A stretch of DNA of 64,000 nt from Rubripirellula sp. (GTDB lineage: Bacteria > Planctomycetota > Planctomycetia > Pirellulales > Pirellulaceae): NCBI GenBank assembly GCA_965216875.1, contig OZ244207.1, positions 4,064,001-4,128,000 on the forward strand. The letters run 5' to 3'. The notes under the pieces are model-generated. The model was not told the DNA's origin and ran no database searches. It saw only the letters and a program-made list of their open reading frames with translations. Positions 7,845-19,125 of this stretch are shown piece by piece. A program made the position numbers and the translations under genes. The number at the start of each line of letters is the position of its first letter. The stretch's first letter is position 1.

Positions 7845-10073
7845 ATGGGTCGCAAAATGAGGATGCGTCCCCAACTCGCGGTGCCCATTCGAATCGTGCT
7901 GGTCGTTCTCGCATTCGCGATGTGCATCACAGGTGATGCGAACGGCGACCAAGTCGGGATCGACAAAGTCCGGCTCTTCGAGACCTCGCCGGGACGGTAC
8001 GTGCTAGAAGTCGACACAACTCCGCGGTTCATCGCGGTCTACCGAGAACCGGTGCTACCGCCGCGGTTTGAGCTGACCGAGTCAGTCCGAGAGCGTCAAT
8101 CGGGCTATTTCGCGATGCGGTATCAATTCGAATCGAGCGGCAAAGGCCTCACGAGCGACGACGAACTCTTGCTCCCTTGGGGACGCTCGGGCGCTTCGAT
8201 CACGGCTCAATGGAGCGACGGGAGTGTCCACCAAAATCTCTTCCTTCGTGACTTTGAAGGGATCCGAGTTCCCATCGCCATGTTGAAGCCGAAGCGATCT
8301 TCAACGCGAGAATTGATTCAGCAGTACGCAAACCTTGGCGCCACACATGCCTTCGAAAGTTGGAATCATTGGCTGCTCGTCGCGGCAGCCGGATTGCTTG
8401 CCAGTGGTTGGTCACGAGTGCGCTTGATCGTTTGGTTCGCAGCCGGACAGGGGTTGTCGCTCTTGGCCGCCGACTTGGGACTCTTTGTTGTTCCCAGCGA
8501 AGTCGCCGAAATCTGTGTCATGGTAGCAGCACTGTTGATTGCACGAACCTCACCGCTCGAACCAGACCAATGGAACCGATTCCTGTCGGTGATGTTGATT
8601 CTTGGTGCCTTGCACGGGACAGCCAACGCCGAAATGCTTGCCGATTCCGGCGTCCCCAAGAGCGACCTGATCCAAGCGTTGTTCGCATTCAACATCGCCA
8701 CGGATCTTTTTCAACTTGGTGCGACCTTAATCATTGCCGCGATCGCGGTCGTCATCCAACAGAGAACACGCCTGACAAACAATGTGGGATGGCCCCTCCG
8801 CGTCGCGATCGGAAGTTGTGCCGTTGCCATGTCACTTGTCGCATTAACAGGTGGACTTCCCAGCACAACGCAAATCGCATCAGAGCGACAAGTCGGCCCC
8901 TTTGAATTGCCCGGCGAGCAAATCACGCCACAAGGATCCCAAGCCCAACCGCCGCGTACATTTGAGCAATCACTGGCAACCTTCCTGACAATCGAACCTT
9001 TTGAAACGCGTCTGGAAGTCCTCGTCCGTTTCGCCAACGCAAACAACCGCATCGAATTTAGTACCGACCTCACAACGATCCCGATTGACGAACAGGAAAA
9101 AACGACAGGTCAACTTGTCAACTTGATCGAGGAGTCGACAAGACTCTTCATCAATGGCGATGCCGTTTCACCAAGCATCAAACAAGCCAATTTCGTGTCG
9201 GTCGAACCCAATGGAGTCTTTTCCCGTCCGTCACCTGTTCTCGAACAGGTTGCCGACGCGATCGTAGGCGTCACCTTCATCTACGACACCGCGAACATGC
9301 CCAATCACGTGCAACTTTCCTGGGACCTCTTCTTGAACGGCGAAGCAGCGATTCCCGCAACGGTCGTCGATCCGTTTGGGGCCAAGCAATCGCAGTTATC
9401 GAGCGACAAATCACAGGTCGATTGGCAAAACCGCTGGTCCGGCTATCGGCCGCCTTCGATCAAACCGGTTGAAATCTCGAAGCCTCAATTGCCACTGCTG
9501 TCCTTGATGCTTGTGTTGGTTGCCTGCGGAGTGAATTGGTCGCTTGGATCGAGAAGCGACCGCCTGAAGTCCACAGCCACAACGACGCTGTTGGCCATTG
9601 CGATGGTGGCCTATCCATTCGCTCGGACGTCATTGGGCGTTCCCTTTGCCACGACATGGAAGCCATCAACCGAAGAGACCAGCGAGATTCAGCGACGCCT
9701 GCTGACGAACGTTTATCGCGCGTACGACATGCGAGACGAGGAAGCGATTTATGATCGACTCGCACTGACCGTTTCGGGTGAACAGCTCACCGAAATCTAT
9801 CTCGACACGCGTCGTTCACTCGAACTGGAAAACCGTGGCGGTGCACGGGCGAAAGTCGACGAAGTCCAGATCGAGAAAGTCCATTCGATTGAACACGACA
9901 AGGGTGGGGGCTACGCCGTTGACGTCGAGTGGACCGTTAGCGGTTCTGTTTCGCACTTTGGACACACACATTATCGACGTAATCGCTACCGCGCCGTGGT
10001 GACGATGATGGAGTCGGATCAATTCTGGAAGATCCGCTCACTGCAAGTCGTCCAGCAGCAACGATTGCTCTAA
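7845..10073 (+). CDS. HupE/UreJ-like multi-TM domain fused to N- and C-terminal soluble domains
   Basis: Central 'Y..LG..H.......H.L', 'F...Q.LSL', 'GALHG...A..L', 'ALFAFNIA.D..QL' match the HupE_UreJ_2 pattern. C-terminal 'LL.NVYRA.D.R.E..IYDRLA..V.G..L..IYL...WTVSGSVSHFGHTHYRRNRY'. Adjacent to the PpiC gene stop. Confidence 0.7.
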   Translation: MGRKMRMRPQLAVPIRIVLVVLAFAMCITGDANGDQVGIDKVRLFETSPGRYVLEVDTTPRFIAVYREPVLPPRFELTESVRERQSGYFAMRYQFESSGKGLTSDDELLLPWGRSGASITAQWSDGSVHQNLFLRDFEGIRVPIAMLKPKRSSTRELIQQYANLGATHAFESWNHWLLVAAAGLLASGWSRVRLIVWFAAGQGLSLLAADLGLFVVPSEVAEICVMVAALLIARTSPLEPDQWNRFLSVMLILGALHGTANAEMLADSGVPKSDLIQALFAFNIATDLFQLGATLIIAAIAVVIQQRTRLTNNVGWPLRVAIGSCAVAMSLVALTGGLPSTTQIASERQVGPFELPGEQITPQGSQAQPPRTFEQSLATFLTIEPFETRLEVLVRFANANNRIEFSTDLTTIPIDEQEKTTGQLVNLIEESTRLFINGDAVSPSIKQANFVSVEPNGVFSRPSPVLEQVADAIVGVTFIYDTANMPNHVQLSWDLFLNGEAAIPATVVDPFGAKQSQLSSDKSQVDWQNRWSGYRPPSIKPVEISKPQLPLLSLMLVLVACGVNWSLGSRSDRLKSTATTTLLAIAMVAYPFARTSLGVPFATTWKPSTEETSEIQRRLLTNVYRAYDMRDEEAIYDRLALTVSGEQLTEIYLDTRRSLELENRGGARAKVDEVQIEKVHSIEHDKGGGYAVDVEWTVSGSVSHFGHTHYRRNRYRAVVTMMESDQFWKIRSLQVVQQQRLL

Positions 10074-10094
10074 ACGACACGCTAGGTGTTCTCC

Positions 10095-10853
10095 CTACTT
10101 CGGAACCACCCAAATGTTCCTGAACTTGACCTCCGAACCATGCTCCTGCAAAACGATGTGGGACAACGGTTCTTCGGGGTAGGCCGCATACTTGTTGCGG
10201 CGCAGTGACAGTTTGACATCGTCGTGAATCAGGACGCCGTTAAGCCGAATGGTCACACGAGCCGACTTGCTTTCCATCCGATGCCCGGCCTGATCAAATC
10301 GGGCGGCCTGGTATTCCAAGTCAACCGTTTGCCAATCGCCGGGCTGGAGCGCCGCGTTCACGTCCGGCACGCGAATCTGATAGATCGCGCCGCAGTCTCC
10401 CAGGCCAGCCGTTTCCTTGTTTCCGCTGTCGAGAATCTGCAGTTCATACAAAGGGCCAAAGAAGATGCCACTGTTCCCCTTGCCACCATCTTTGGGCAAC
10501 TGAAACTCAAGATGCAATCGATAGTCGCCGAACGCGCGGCGAGTGCAGAGGAATTGCTTGCGACGTTTGCCGCGAAAGTCGAGCGACACCTGCATCGCAT
10601 CGCCACCAACGAGTTTCCATTGAATCTCTTTCTGATCCTGATTGGGATTGATCTTCAAGAACGAGAAGGGTTTCCAGGCCTCAAAGTTCGATCCGTCGAA
10701 AAGCACGACAGCGCCGTCAGGCGGTGTGAGTCCAAGAGTGGACGCGATCGGTTCGACCGCGCGTGCCTGAGCGCCGCCGAGGAACCATCCGAACGTCAAA
10801 ACAGCGAGTGTTGGTAGCGAGAGCGATCGAGTTCGCATTGGCTGCTTGCTCAT
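10095..10853 (-). CDS. Secreted DUF1080 (3-keto-disaccharide hydrolase family) protein
   Basis: Signal peptide; 'PPDGAVVLFDG', 'FGDYRLHLEF', 'GNSGIF...YELQILDS', 'CGAIY', 'LNGVLIH', 'LQEHGSEVKFRNIW'. Confidence 0.9.
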   Translation of the reverse strand: MSKQPMRTRSLSLPTLAVLTFGWFLGGAQARAVEPIASTLGLTPPDGAVVLFDGSNFEAWKPFSFLKINPNQDQKEIQWKLVGGDAMQVSLDFRGKRRKQFLCTRRAFGDYRLHLEFQLPKDGGKGNSGIFFGPLYELQILDSGNKETAGLGDCGAIYQIRVPDVNAALQPGDWQTVDLEYQAARFDQAGHRMESKSARVTIRLNGVLIHDDVKLSLRRNKYAAYPEEPLSHIVLQEHGSEVKFRNIWVVPK

Positions 10854-10885
10854 AGGAATGTAAATCCAGGTTGGGCGTTATGTCT

Positions 10886-12652
10886 TCAGGGATCGAGGTC
10901 ACCAAGTGCAGTGACTTCGGCAAAGTAGGCGCCTCCGGCATTTCCCTTTGCGTCAAAAAGGTAGGTCGTCAGCTCGGTCGGCCCCGCTGGAAGTTCCAAT
11001 TCGAACTCCACGCCTTTGCTGCCCTCTTTGACCGGTTGTTCATGCGATTGACCGGCGATCTCAATTCGCGCCCGCTCAGCGACGACGACGCGATCTGCTT
11101 CGCGAGGAAACTGCCGCAGGGTGATTCGATAGCGCCCCGATTCTTTCACCTCCAGCATCCACGGCCCGGTCACTTTTGGCAGCTTCTTGATCGAGTTGAA
11201 GTTCCAGGGTGGATTGCCCGTGGGCATGTACCAATCCTGGGAACAGAGGACGGTTGGGTTTTCAGCCGGGTTGCCAATGTCGATACGAACCGGCGTCAAA
11301 CGGGGCGAGACCTTATCCCAAAACTCGTCGTAGCGTGACCGCAATTCGGCGACCACTTGTGGATGCTGCTGGGCAACGTTTCGCCGTTGAGCCGGATCGG
11401 CTTGAATCTCAAACAATGCCACTCGATCGGAGTTGACCAAACGCCACCGCTCGGTCATCACCACGCTGTAGTCGTAGGGTTTCGGAGGTAACACTTTGGC
11501 AAACGCACCGCCCAGGAACTGCTCGACCAGGTGATCTCTCTGCCACGTTGCATTGTCATCATCAAGCAGCGGCTTCAGCGAAACGCCGTCGGACCGGTAG
11601 TCAGCCGTGATTGGAATCTTGCAGAGGTCGGCTAATGTTGGCAACACGTCGATATGTGCCGCGAGCGTGTCGATGTCTTTGCCGCCGGTCAGACCTCCGC
11701 CAGGCCAATGCACAAAGAAGGCGACGCGGTGGCCGCCGTCAAACACTGACGACTTCTTTCCGCGCATGCCTGCATTGAATCCCAGACTCGGTTCCGAATC
11801 GAGCCCTTGGAATTTTCCGCCCGCCGCCGTTCCATTGTCCGTCATGAAGATCAAGATCGTCTTGTCGGACAAACCCAACTGCGTCAACTTTTCGCGAAGC
11901 AATGCCATGTTGTGATCGATGTTCGCGATCATTCCATAGAAATTGGCATTGGGCACATCGCGATTGCCCAGGTACGGCTTGGCCCACTCGGCCGGAACAC
12001 GATACGGACCGTGCGGAGCGTTCAGTGCGAGATAGAGCAGGAATGGCTTTGCTCGATTCTGCTCGACAAACCGCATCCCTTCACGAAACCAGATGTCCGT
12101 GCAATAGCCTTCGAACTTCTCGAACTTGCCGTTTCGTTCGTAGGTGTCATCGAAATAATCGTTGCCCCAATGATCGGAAGCCTGCCCGACGCCACCGCAA
12201 CGATGCCAAACAACCTCCTGAAAACCACGATCCTGTGGACGATGCGGGGCGTTATCTCCAAGGTGCCACTTGCCGACCATTCCTGTGGCATAGCCGGCGT
12301 CCGCGAATAAATTAGCGATCGTCTTTTCATCCGGGTGCATCATCGTGCGACCTGAACTTGTCCGATACGCACCCGTGACCCCCGCATGGTTGCCCGTCAT
12401 CAATGACGCGCGTGTCGGCGTACAGAAAGGACTGACATGAAAGTCGGTGAAGCGGACCGATTGCGCGTGCAGGCGATCAAGGTTCGGTGTCTTCAGGATC
12501 GGGTTGCCGTGACAAGAAAGATCACCGTAGCCCTGATCATCGGTCATCACGATGATCACGTTGGGACGCTCATTCCCATTCGCGACAGGCACTTGGACAA
12601 ACCCGACCGTGAGAAGGACCAGCATCAATCGCGTCTTGAAGGATTCATTCAT
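10886..12652 (-). CDS. Arylsulfatase (formylglycine-dependent S1 sulfatase) with C-terminal beta domain
   Basis: 'PNVIIVMTDDQGYGD', 'TPNLDRL', CTPTR catalytic motif, 'GYATGMVGKWHLG', 'TDNG'. Start moved to MNESF to avoid overlap with the upstream gene. Confidence 0.92.
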   Translation of the reverse strand: MNESFKTRLMLVLLTVGFVQVPVANGNERPNVIIVMTDDQGYGDLSCHGNPILKTPNLDRLHAQSVRFTDFHVSPFCTPTRASLMTGNHAGVTGAYRTSSGRTMMHPDEKTIANLFADAGYATGMVGKWHLGDNAPHRPQDRGFQEVVWHRCGGVGQASDHWGNDYFDDTYERNGKFEKFEGYCTDIWFREGMRFVEQNRAKPFLLYLALNAPHGPYRVPAEWAKPYLGNRDVPNANFYGMIANIDHNMALLREKLTQLGLSDKTILIFMTDNGTAAGGKFQGLDSEPSLGFNAGMRGKKSSVFDGGHRVAFFVHWPGGGLTGGKDIDTLAAHIDVLPTLADLCKIPITADYRSDGVSLKPLLDDDNATWQRDHLVEQFLGGAFAKVLPPKPYDYSVVMTERWRLVNSDRVALFEIQADPAQRRNVAQQHPQVVAELRSRYDEFWDKVSPRLTPVRIDIGNPAENPTVLCSQDWYMPTGNPPWNFNSIKKLPKVTGPWMLEVKESGRYRITLRQFPREADRVVVAERARIEIAGQSHEQPVKEGSKGVEFELELPAGPTELTTYLFDAKGNAGGAYFAEVTALGDLDP

Positions 12653-12677
12653 GGTCAGGTTGTCCGCTAAATGGCCG

Positions 12678-13751
12678 TTAATCTTTGAGATGATCGACAA
12701 AGAACTGTACGGTCCGCTGAACGATCTCGTCGCGTGTTGGATGGATATCTGCATCGACACGACGCCAATTGTGTCCCGAATTCTTCACGATGAGGATCTC
12801 GACCGGCGCGCCGATCGCCTCCGCCTTTTGCTTCATGAAGTATGCGTGCTTGACCGGAATGGTCGTGTCTTTGTCGCCTTGAACCATGAGCAGCGGAGAA
12901 CTCTCCGTTGCCAGATAGTTCACAGGGCTCATCTCGCGGTATCGCTGCAGCTTGATCTCGGGATCAGGAACGCCAGGGCCGAGGATGCGTGGGCCAAAGC
13001 GGTCGCGAAAATCAGCTCGATCATCATGATTGAAAAGCTCCGTCTTCTCGAAATCGCATGGGCCGTACCAAGAAACGCCACATACCATGCGATAGTGACT
13101 TGTCGCCAATGCCGCGTCGCCCGCGAGCGTTTGCGGAGCGGACAGTAACAACATTTGAGCAATCTGCCCGCCAGCTGAATCTCCCATGACGAAGAACCTC
13201 GCCGGGTCAAGCTTGAGCTTCTGGGAGTGCTTTGCGAGGTAGCGGCACGCGTCCTTGCAGTCGACCACACAGTCGCGCATCGTGACGGCGGATTCCTTCT
13301 TGCACAGCCGATAGTCGACCGTCGCCACGGCAAAACCGTGGCTGAGCAAACGTTGAAAGACGTCTCTAAACGAGCCGCGGTGGATGCCTTGGCGACTGCC
13401 AGCCGACCAACCGCCCCCATGGGTGTAAATGACGAGGGGACGATCGGTTTCCGTCGACGCTTCGTTGCCCGGAGGGTAATAAAGGTCCAGCTGCAACTCG
13501 CGTTGACCGACTCGTTTGTAAACGACATCGAGCTGCGAATCTTCGGCCGCTACCAAAGAACGCCCCCGTTTCCGGCCCTTGTCGCTTGCACGCTCAACCT
13601 TCGCCGAACGCCCCTGGTCATCTCGCCCTGGGGTCTTCGACGAATCTTGGGCATGCGCGACCGCGAACGAGGCTCCGACCGCGATCACGCACAACTGAAC
13701 ACACAAGGGTTTGAGCATAGGTCCGACTCTAAGAAACGTCGCTCGTGTCAC
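12678..13751 (-). CDS. Secreted alpha/beta hydrolase (HSL/BD-FAE-like esterase)
   Basis: 'LDLYYP', HGGGW oxyanion motif, 'VDYRL', GDSAGG nucleophile elbow, 'QGDKDTTIP', 'GH'. Alternative start 13718. Confidence 0.9.
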   Translation of the reverse strand: MTRATFLRVGPMLKPLCVQLCVIAVGASFAVAHAQDSSKTPGRDDQGRSAKVERASDKGRKRGRSLVAAEDSQLDVVYKRVGQRELQLDLYYPPGNEASTETDRPLVIYTHGGGWSAGSRQGIHRGSFRDVFQRLLSHGFAVATVDYRLCKKESAVTMRDCVVDCKDACRYLAKHSQKLKLDPARFFVMGDSAGGQIAQMLLLSAPQTLAGDAALATSHYRMVCGVSWYGPCDFEKTELFNHDDRADFRDRFGPRILGPGVPDPEIKLQRYREMSPVNYLATESSPLLMVQGDKDTTIPVKHAYFMKQKAEAIGAPVEILIVKNSGHNWRRVDADIHPTRDEIVQRTVQFFVDHLKD

Positions 13752-13755
13752 ACCT

Positions 13756-16700
13756 CTACTTTTTCAAGCTCATGAGGTATTTCATCAGGTCATCGAACTC
13801 CTGACGATTGCGGAGAGATCGAACAAGCCCGGCGGGCATCATCGAATTCTTCGACTCCAACACGTCATCGATCGTATCCTCGGGAATCGTAATCGGCTTC
13901 GGCTGGGCAACGTTTCGCAAGACGATACCTTTTTCATCCTCAGAGATACGAATCCCGGTGATCACTTCTCCGTCTTCGGTCAAAACGTTGACTTGAGCGA
14001 ACTCTTTGTCGATCTGTTTTGAAGGTCGCAGCACGGCGTCGACCCAATCGACAGCCTTCATTGGCTTGGTGATCTTCGTCAGGTCAGGCCCCATCTTGGG
14101 CGCGTTGCCTGGTGGGTCATGGCAAGCGAAACAGGACGCGGCCGAGTTGTAGAACAGACGCTTACCACGTTTGATGCTTCCCTTTTCCCATGCGAGCTTT
14201 GCCAGCTCTTCAGGCGACTGCTCCATCAATTCCTTTTCAAGCTCGATATTGTTGATCACTTCCGGAGTCTGCAGATCTTCCTTGGACATCAGTTCCTTTT
14301 CGAGAGGATGAAGCTTCTCCAACTCCTCGGGCTTCCAGAAAGTCGTGCGACTCGACGAGTCGGCCCGGACCTTTGCAACCGTTTTTGCATCGATGGGCGA
14401 AGCTTTGTTGCCCCACGTGTTCCGCACGAACGTCAACACATCGGCCATGTCCTTGTCATTAAGCAGATCGCGGAACGCGGTCATCGGTGGAACGCCGCGA
14501 GCCGGATCGTAGACCTTTCCGCGAACTTGCATTTTGCCCCACATCCCATGCAGTGCAAGTTTGACGAGGCGTTCTTCGCTGCCGGTCACCCAAGGACTGC
14601 CAACCAACGGTGGATAAACGGCGCCGTTGCCGAGTCCGTTGGTTTGATGACATGTCGCGCAGTGCGACTCCCGTTGAAAGATCTCGCCGCCCCGTTTGTA
14701 GGAACCGTGATACTTGCGGTCCAAGTGCCGAGGCGTTCGATACCTCACCACGTGAAGCTCTGGCGACGCCACGAAGTTGTCAGCCAACTTGGTGTCATAC
14801 TTCGTCCAAAAATGCTCGACCGTTTTTGCGGCCATCGACGCATGTGGGACTTCGGAATCGATCAACTTGTTCAAGAGGTCATTGTTGATCACGTTGTGTT
14901 GCTGATGAAGCCACAGGGCTTCCAACAGATGATGGGCTTCCGTTTCATCATTGGGATCAAAACCCTGGGCCCAAGCTTGAGCCGCTGCGATCACCTCAGC
15001 CGAATCGCGTGCACTCAACTCAACACGTGTTCGTTGCCGAACGCCATCAACCGGGTGCTTCAAGTTTTCAAGCAGTTTCTCGATCGGCTCGCCATGGATT
15101 GCGACAGGCTTTTGCAGCGGTCGTCCCTTGGCAGTCAACCGTAAAATGCGTCCGTGCTTGTGATCTCGACTGGGATCGCGAATGTTGTGTTGCATATGAC
15201 CGATGATCATGTTGTGCCAGTCGGCGACATACAGGGCACCGTCTTCGCCAACGATCGCATCACTCGGCCGAAAGTTGCGGTCTTCGCCATTCAAGAGTTC
15301 TTTCTCTGGTGTTCCCCAAACGTGTCCATACTCACGTTTACCACCATCGCCACGGTTCAAGTCGTACTGTTTGACGCCAAGAAAACCGATCACGTTCAGA
15401 ATCAGGAAGTCTTGCTGCATGTCCTCGGGAAAATGAGCCGACGACAAGATCTCATTCGCGGGCACCGGACGAAACTCTTTTGCCAACAGCGAATGCATCT
15501 GAAATCCGTCGCCCTTGGGCCGGACTTGGTATGACTTTCCTCCAGTACCATCGTTTGCGTAGAGGTACCCCCAACGGTCAAAACTTGTTCCGTGTGGGTT
15601 TGGGCTGTTGGCTGCGATAGGTGTGATCGCGAATGTTCGCGGGTCAAATCGGTACATGCCCGATCCGCCCGTGTTCAAGTTTTGCTTCCAAGGTGTTTCG
15701 TGGTTGTGAACCAAGAAAATGCCACTTTGCCAATAGATGCCACCGTCGGGACCGTAGATCAAGTTATTGGCTGCATGGTGCGTGTCCGATGTCCCAAGAC
15801 CTTGCAGGATTGGATAACGGACATCGGCTTTGTCGTCGCCATCAGTGTCTTTCAGGAATAGCAAGTCCGGTCCCGATGTCACCAAGACGCCCCCTCCCCA
15901 AAACTCGAAGCCGAGCGGGTTGTGAACGTTTGCAAAGATCTTGCGTGCGTCGGCGACGCCATCACCATCGACATCCTCAAAGATCATCAAGCTATCTTTG
16001 AGGTCATCGCCAGGTTCCCACTTCGGGTACGAGTTCCAACTCGCAGCCCACAAGCGACCCTTCGCGTCAACTTGAAGCTGAACGGGGTTGGCCAAGTCAG
16101 GAAACATTTCCTCGGACGCGAAGACGTTTAGCTCAAAACCATCGGGAACTTTGATTTTCTTGAGGCTCTCTTCGGGGCTGAGGTAGTTTGTGCTGCCCTC
16201 TTTCTCTGAACTAGAACTTCGACTGCCACCGCCGACGTTTGTTTTCACCACAACCGGCTTGGGAACATTACTGTCGTCGGGTTTGATCGACTTGCCCTTG
16301 GCTGCTGCCCAGATCACGGCATCACGATTCGCCGTCATCGCATCGAGCATCTTGAGCTCATGAACCAAAACGTCGGCGTTAGTTTGACCGTCGACAAAAC
16401 TCAAGCCTGAGCGTGAGCCCCAGATGTCATTGCCGTCGGTGGCCCGATAACGATTGTGCCAATGCCAATTCTTGTCCTCGACCGCATCGTAGACGGCGGC
16501 CAGCGAATCAGTCGTCGCGGTCGACTTGCCAACAAGCTGTGCGGCAATCACATCGGCGAGCTTTCGGTAACCTTTGGCATTGAGGTGAATGCCGTTCAAC
16601 GTTAGTTGCTGGTCGGACGAGCGGTACAACTGAAGCGTCGGATGAAACAGATCGACAAACGTTGCGTTTACCGAGCTCGCGGCTTTCTCGGTCGCGTCAG

Positions 16701-17277
16701 TGAACGCTTCGAGGTTGGCGTTGAGCGATTTGCCGTCGGGCAGATGGCGATTGCCGGTATTCTCGTACGCGATTGGGCTGAACAAAACGAATCGCGCCTC
16801 AACACCTTTTTCTTTTCGCAGTGCACGGTACTTTTCGACAAGCTTGATCAATTCACCTTCGTACGCACTCGCTCCCGCTGGGCCAGCGTGCGACTCGTTG
16901 TAGCCGTACATGACCCACACGACGCTCGGCGCAACGTGCTGCAGGTACTCGGTGTCGTTGGTGAAACCCTTGTTACGGGGACGTTGATTCACGATGTCGC
17001 CCGAAAAGCTCATGTTTCGGAAGCGAACGTTCTTGCCTTTCAAGTTCGCTTGCAGAACCGCTTCGACCCAAGGATCGTGTTGCATTCGGTCGGCGAGTCC
17101 GTTTCCGAAGATCGCCACGACGTCATCCTGTCGAAACTCAAACGGCGTGTCCGCTTGAACTTGTGATTCGCCTAGCAGGGAAAGCGATGCCATCAACATG
17201 ACGGCCGCCGCCAATGTGTGACTGCGCACACTCAGAGACAAGTATTCAAAACACTTAAGACGCATTGGGTTGCTCAA
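13756..17277 (-). CDS. PVC-type heme-binding protein: SGNH-like domain + membrane-bound dehydrogenase-type beta-propeller + two cytochrome c domains
   Basis: '[24 protein letters not shown]', 'NPVQL..DAKGRLW', 'DTDGDDKAD', 'DTHH', 'GPDG', 'FRPSD...[16 protein letters not shown]', 'GRILR'. CxxCH twice (CATCH, CFACH). C-terminal 'GPDLT...S.MPAGL'. Confidence 0.88.
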   Translation of the reverse strand: MSNPMRLKCFEYLSLSVRSHTLAAAVMLMASLSLLGESQVQADTPFEFRQDDVVAIFGNGLADRMQHDPWVEAVLQANLKGKNVRFRNMSFSGDIVNQRPRNKGFTNDTEYLQHVAPSVVWVMYGYNESHAGPAGASAYEGELIKLVEKYRALRKEKGVEARFVLFSPIAYENTGNRHLPDGKSLNANLEAFTDATEKAASSVNATFVDLFHPTLQLYRSSDQQLTLNGIHLNAKGYRKLADVIAAQLVGKSTATTDSLAAVYDAVEDKNWHWHNRYRATDGNDIWGSRSGLSFVDGQTNADVLVHELKMLDAMTANRDAVIWAAAKGKSIKPDDSNVPKPVVVKTNVGGGSRSSSSEKEGSTNYLSPEESLKKIKVPDGFELNVFASEEMFPDLANPVQLQVDAKGRLWAASWNSYPKWEPGDDLKDSLMIFEDVDGDGVADARKIFANVHNPLGFEFWGGGVLVTSGPDLLFLKDTDGDDKADVRYPILQGLGTSDTHHAANNLIYGPDGGIYWQSGIFLVHNHETPWKQNLNTGGSGMYRFDPRTFAITPIAANSPNPHGTSFDRWGYLYANDGTGGKSYQVRPKGDGFQMHSLLAKEFRPVPANEILSSAHFPEDMQQDFLILNVIGFLGVKQYDLNRGDGGKREYGHVWGTPEKELLNGEDRNFRPSDAIVGEDGALYVADWHNMIIGHMQHNIRDPSRDHKHGRILRLTAKGRPLQKPVAIHGEPIEKLLENLKHPVDGVRQRTRVELSARDSAEVIAAAQAWAQGFDPNDETEAHHLLEALWLHQQHNVINNDLLNKLIDSEVPHASMAAKTVEHFWTKYDTKLADNFVASPELHVVRYRTPRHLDRKYHGSYKRGGEIFQRESHCATCHQTNGLGNGAVYPPLVGSPWVTGSEERLVKLALHGMWGKMQVRGKVYDPARGVPPMTAFRDLLNDKDMADVLTFVRNTWGNKASPIDAKTVAKVRADSSSRTTFWKPEELEKLHPLEKELMSKEDLQTPEVINNIELEKELMEQSPEELAKLAWEKGSIKRGKRLFYNSAASCFACHDPPGNAPKMGPDLTKITKPMKAVDWVDAVLRPSKQIDKEFAQVNVLTEDGEVITGIRISEDEKGIVLRNVAQPKPITIPEDTIDDVLESKNSMMPAGLVRSLRNRQEFDDLMKYLMSLKK

Positions 17278-17367
17278 GAGAGGGAAGGGGTGGGGGAAGG
17301 AAAGGGTGGGAGGGAAAAGGGGAAGGGTAGGTGTAGGGGTTGGTCAATGCTGGGGAGGGGCTGTTTG

Positions 17368-19122
17368 CTAGGGGCGTCCAACCTCATAGATGGCACGCAC
17401 TTGTTGGTCATCGATCGCCTCGCCAAAGACAATCAATTCATCGATGCAGCCATTGAGGTTGCGCACGGCCGTTCGGCGATGTCGGCTTGTCGGAGCGGCC
17501 CAGTTCCCAATCGTCGCATCGCCGATCGTCAGTAAACCCGACGCAGGCATCCTTAGTGGTTCGCGCGCCGAAACGTCTCCATTGACGTAATGCGTGACCC
17601 TGCCTTGATCGGCGTCGTAAACCGTCGCCAAGTGCATCCACTGACCAAGGCGAAACAGATTGAAGACCGGCTCGGTCCGATAATCGTGGGCGACCGATTG
17701 GGAATGGCGAACACCCAAAATCATTTGTCCATTCTGACGAATCTGCCAGTGCGGGCTGTTGACGGTGTAGCTATCGGCGAGCAGCAATGAGTTGTAGAGT
17801 CGGTCAAGTCCGTCAACGCGCAACCACGTCGAATAGGACAACGACCTTGCTCCGCCTGGGACGGAGATGCGAACTCGATCCCCTGGACGTTTGAATTGCA
17901 ACGATGTTTTGCCTGGCCAGCGTCCTTCCGACCATTCGCAGCCAACAATCGCTCCTTCGATTCGTGCGCCATCTTTGCCATAGCCGACAAGGATGCGGTC
18001 TTCCGAGTCGTTTCGATCAAACGGAAAATAAGCGACCACTCGTGGATCTGCTTGCAACGAATCTCGAAAGGAACGCCAATCGCGAAGCTGGGCCTGACGC
18101 CGCACATCGGTCATCGTGCTCAAACGACTTGGCGTCACAAAGTCTTCATCACGCACTTGAATCGGCGTTGACGTGCCATCGTGAGCAACGGTCAGCGCGT
18201 CACCCGCATTCAATTCGCGGCGCGAGTCGACGCTTCGGTTCGACTCTGCGTCGTACAGTTCGACTTTACCGTCAAACACATGCACTTCGGCCTCGCCATC
18301 GCTGGCAACATCAAGGCCAAATTCGGTACCAAGGTCGACTAACTCGAAATTGGACGCGAGAACAGCAAATCCCCGTGCAGGCTCTGGAACGTGGGCTCGA
18401 AGCCGCCCCGAACGACAGACAACCTTTGATTCATCGACGATTTCAATTTCCGCAGGGCCTTCAACCACAACGGTCGCGCCACAGTAGAACTCAAGCTGCA
18501 ACAGGCCCGCATCCCACTTCATCGCTCCGGGTGGAATCGTCTCGCCAACTTGCCAACCCTGCGTTGCCGAACCTTCAAGGCCAGCCACTCGCGTGAGCAC
18601 AGCCACACCGTTGTCGTTGACACCGGTTTCATCGCTGGCAACTTCGGTCGCCGGGGCATTGCCTTCAGCAGCGACCTTCACGATCCTCTCACCGCGTCCC
18701 TCTTCGAGCGATTGGTGAACCAGCAAGCCAACGAGCAACAGGATCGCGACACTTGCCGTCAACCATCCAGCCATGCCGCCAGATCGAAACCAGCGCCAAT
18801 TGTCGAGCCGAGAGGTCGTGGACAACCCATCGACGCGAGACTCACCCGCCGCGTTCATCGCCGAAGCAACGACTTGGTTCACAAAGTTGTCATTTTCCTC
18901 AGAGGCTTGAGCGCGCACCTGCAACGAAGCGAGAAGACGCTGTTCGTCGCGCAACACATCTTCGTACTGCGACAAGCGATCGCTCATCATCAGGTGATCA
19001 CGAAGACGCTGCAGCTTTTCGGGGTCTGCTGAAACCATCTCGACCAATTCATCGAGTTGGTCGGCCGTGATCTCATCATCGACCAAGATGCTAAGCAACT
19101 CTTCAAAGCGATCTTGCGCCAC
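17368..19122 (-). CDS. FecR-domain anti-sigma factor with C-terminal LamG/concanavalin A-like domain
   Basis: N-terminal anti-sigma-like helices, one TM, FecR 'GATVVVEGPA...GRL...GF.V......VDLGTEFG..V......VHVFDGKV'; LamG 'W.HLATVYD.......YVNG...IG.W...LNG.IDEL'. Lies 3 bp from the sigma gene. Confidence 0.88.
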   Translation of the reverse strand: MAQDRFEELLSILVDDEITADQLDELVEMVSADPEKLQRLRDHLMMSDRLSQYEDVLRDEQRLLASLQVRAQASEENDNFVNQVVASAMNAAGESRVDGLSTTSRLDNWRWFRSGGMAGWLTASVAILLLVGLLVHQSLEEGRGERIVKVAAEGNAPATEVASDETGVNDNGVAVLTRVAGLEGSATQGWQVGETIPPGAMKWDAGLLQLEFYCGATVVVEGPAEIEIVDESKVVCRSGRLRAHVPEPARGFAVLASNFELVDLGTEFGLDVASDGEAEVHVFDGKVELYDAESNRSVDSRRELNAGDALTVAHDGTSTPIQVRDEDFVTPSRLSTMTDVRRQAQLRDWRSFRDSLQADPRVVAYFPFDRNDSEDRILVGYGKDGARIEGAIVGCEWSEGRWPGKTSLQFKRPGDRVRISVPGGARSLSYSTWLRVDGLDRLYNSLLLADSYTVNSPHWQIRQNGQMILGVRHSQSVAHDYRTEPVFNLFRLGQWMHLATVYDADQGRVTHYVNGDVSAREPLRMPASGLLTIGDATIGNWAAPTSRHRRTAVRNLNGCIDELIVFGEAIDDQQVRAIYEVGRP

Positions 19123-19125
19123 GAC

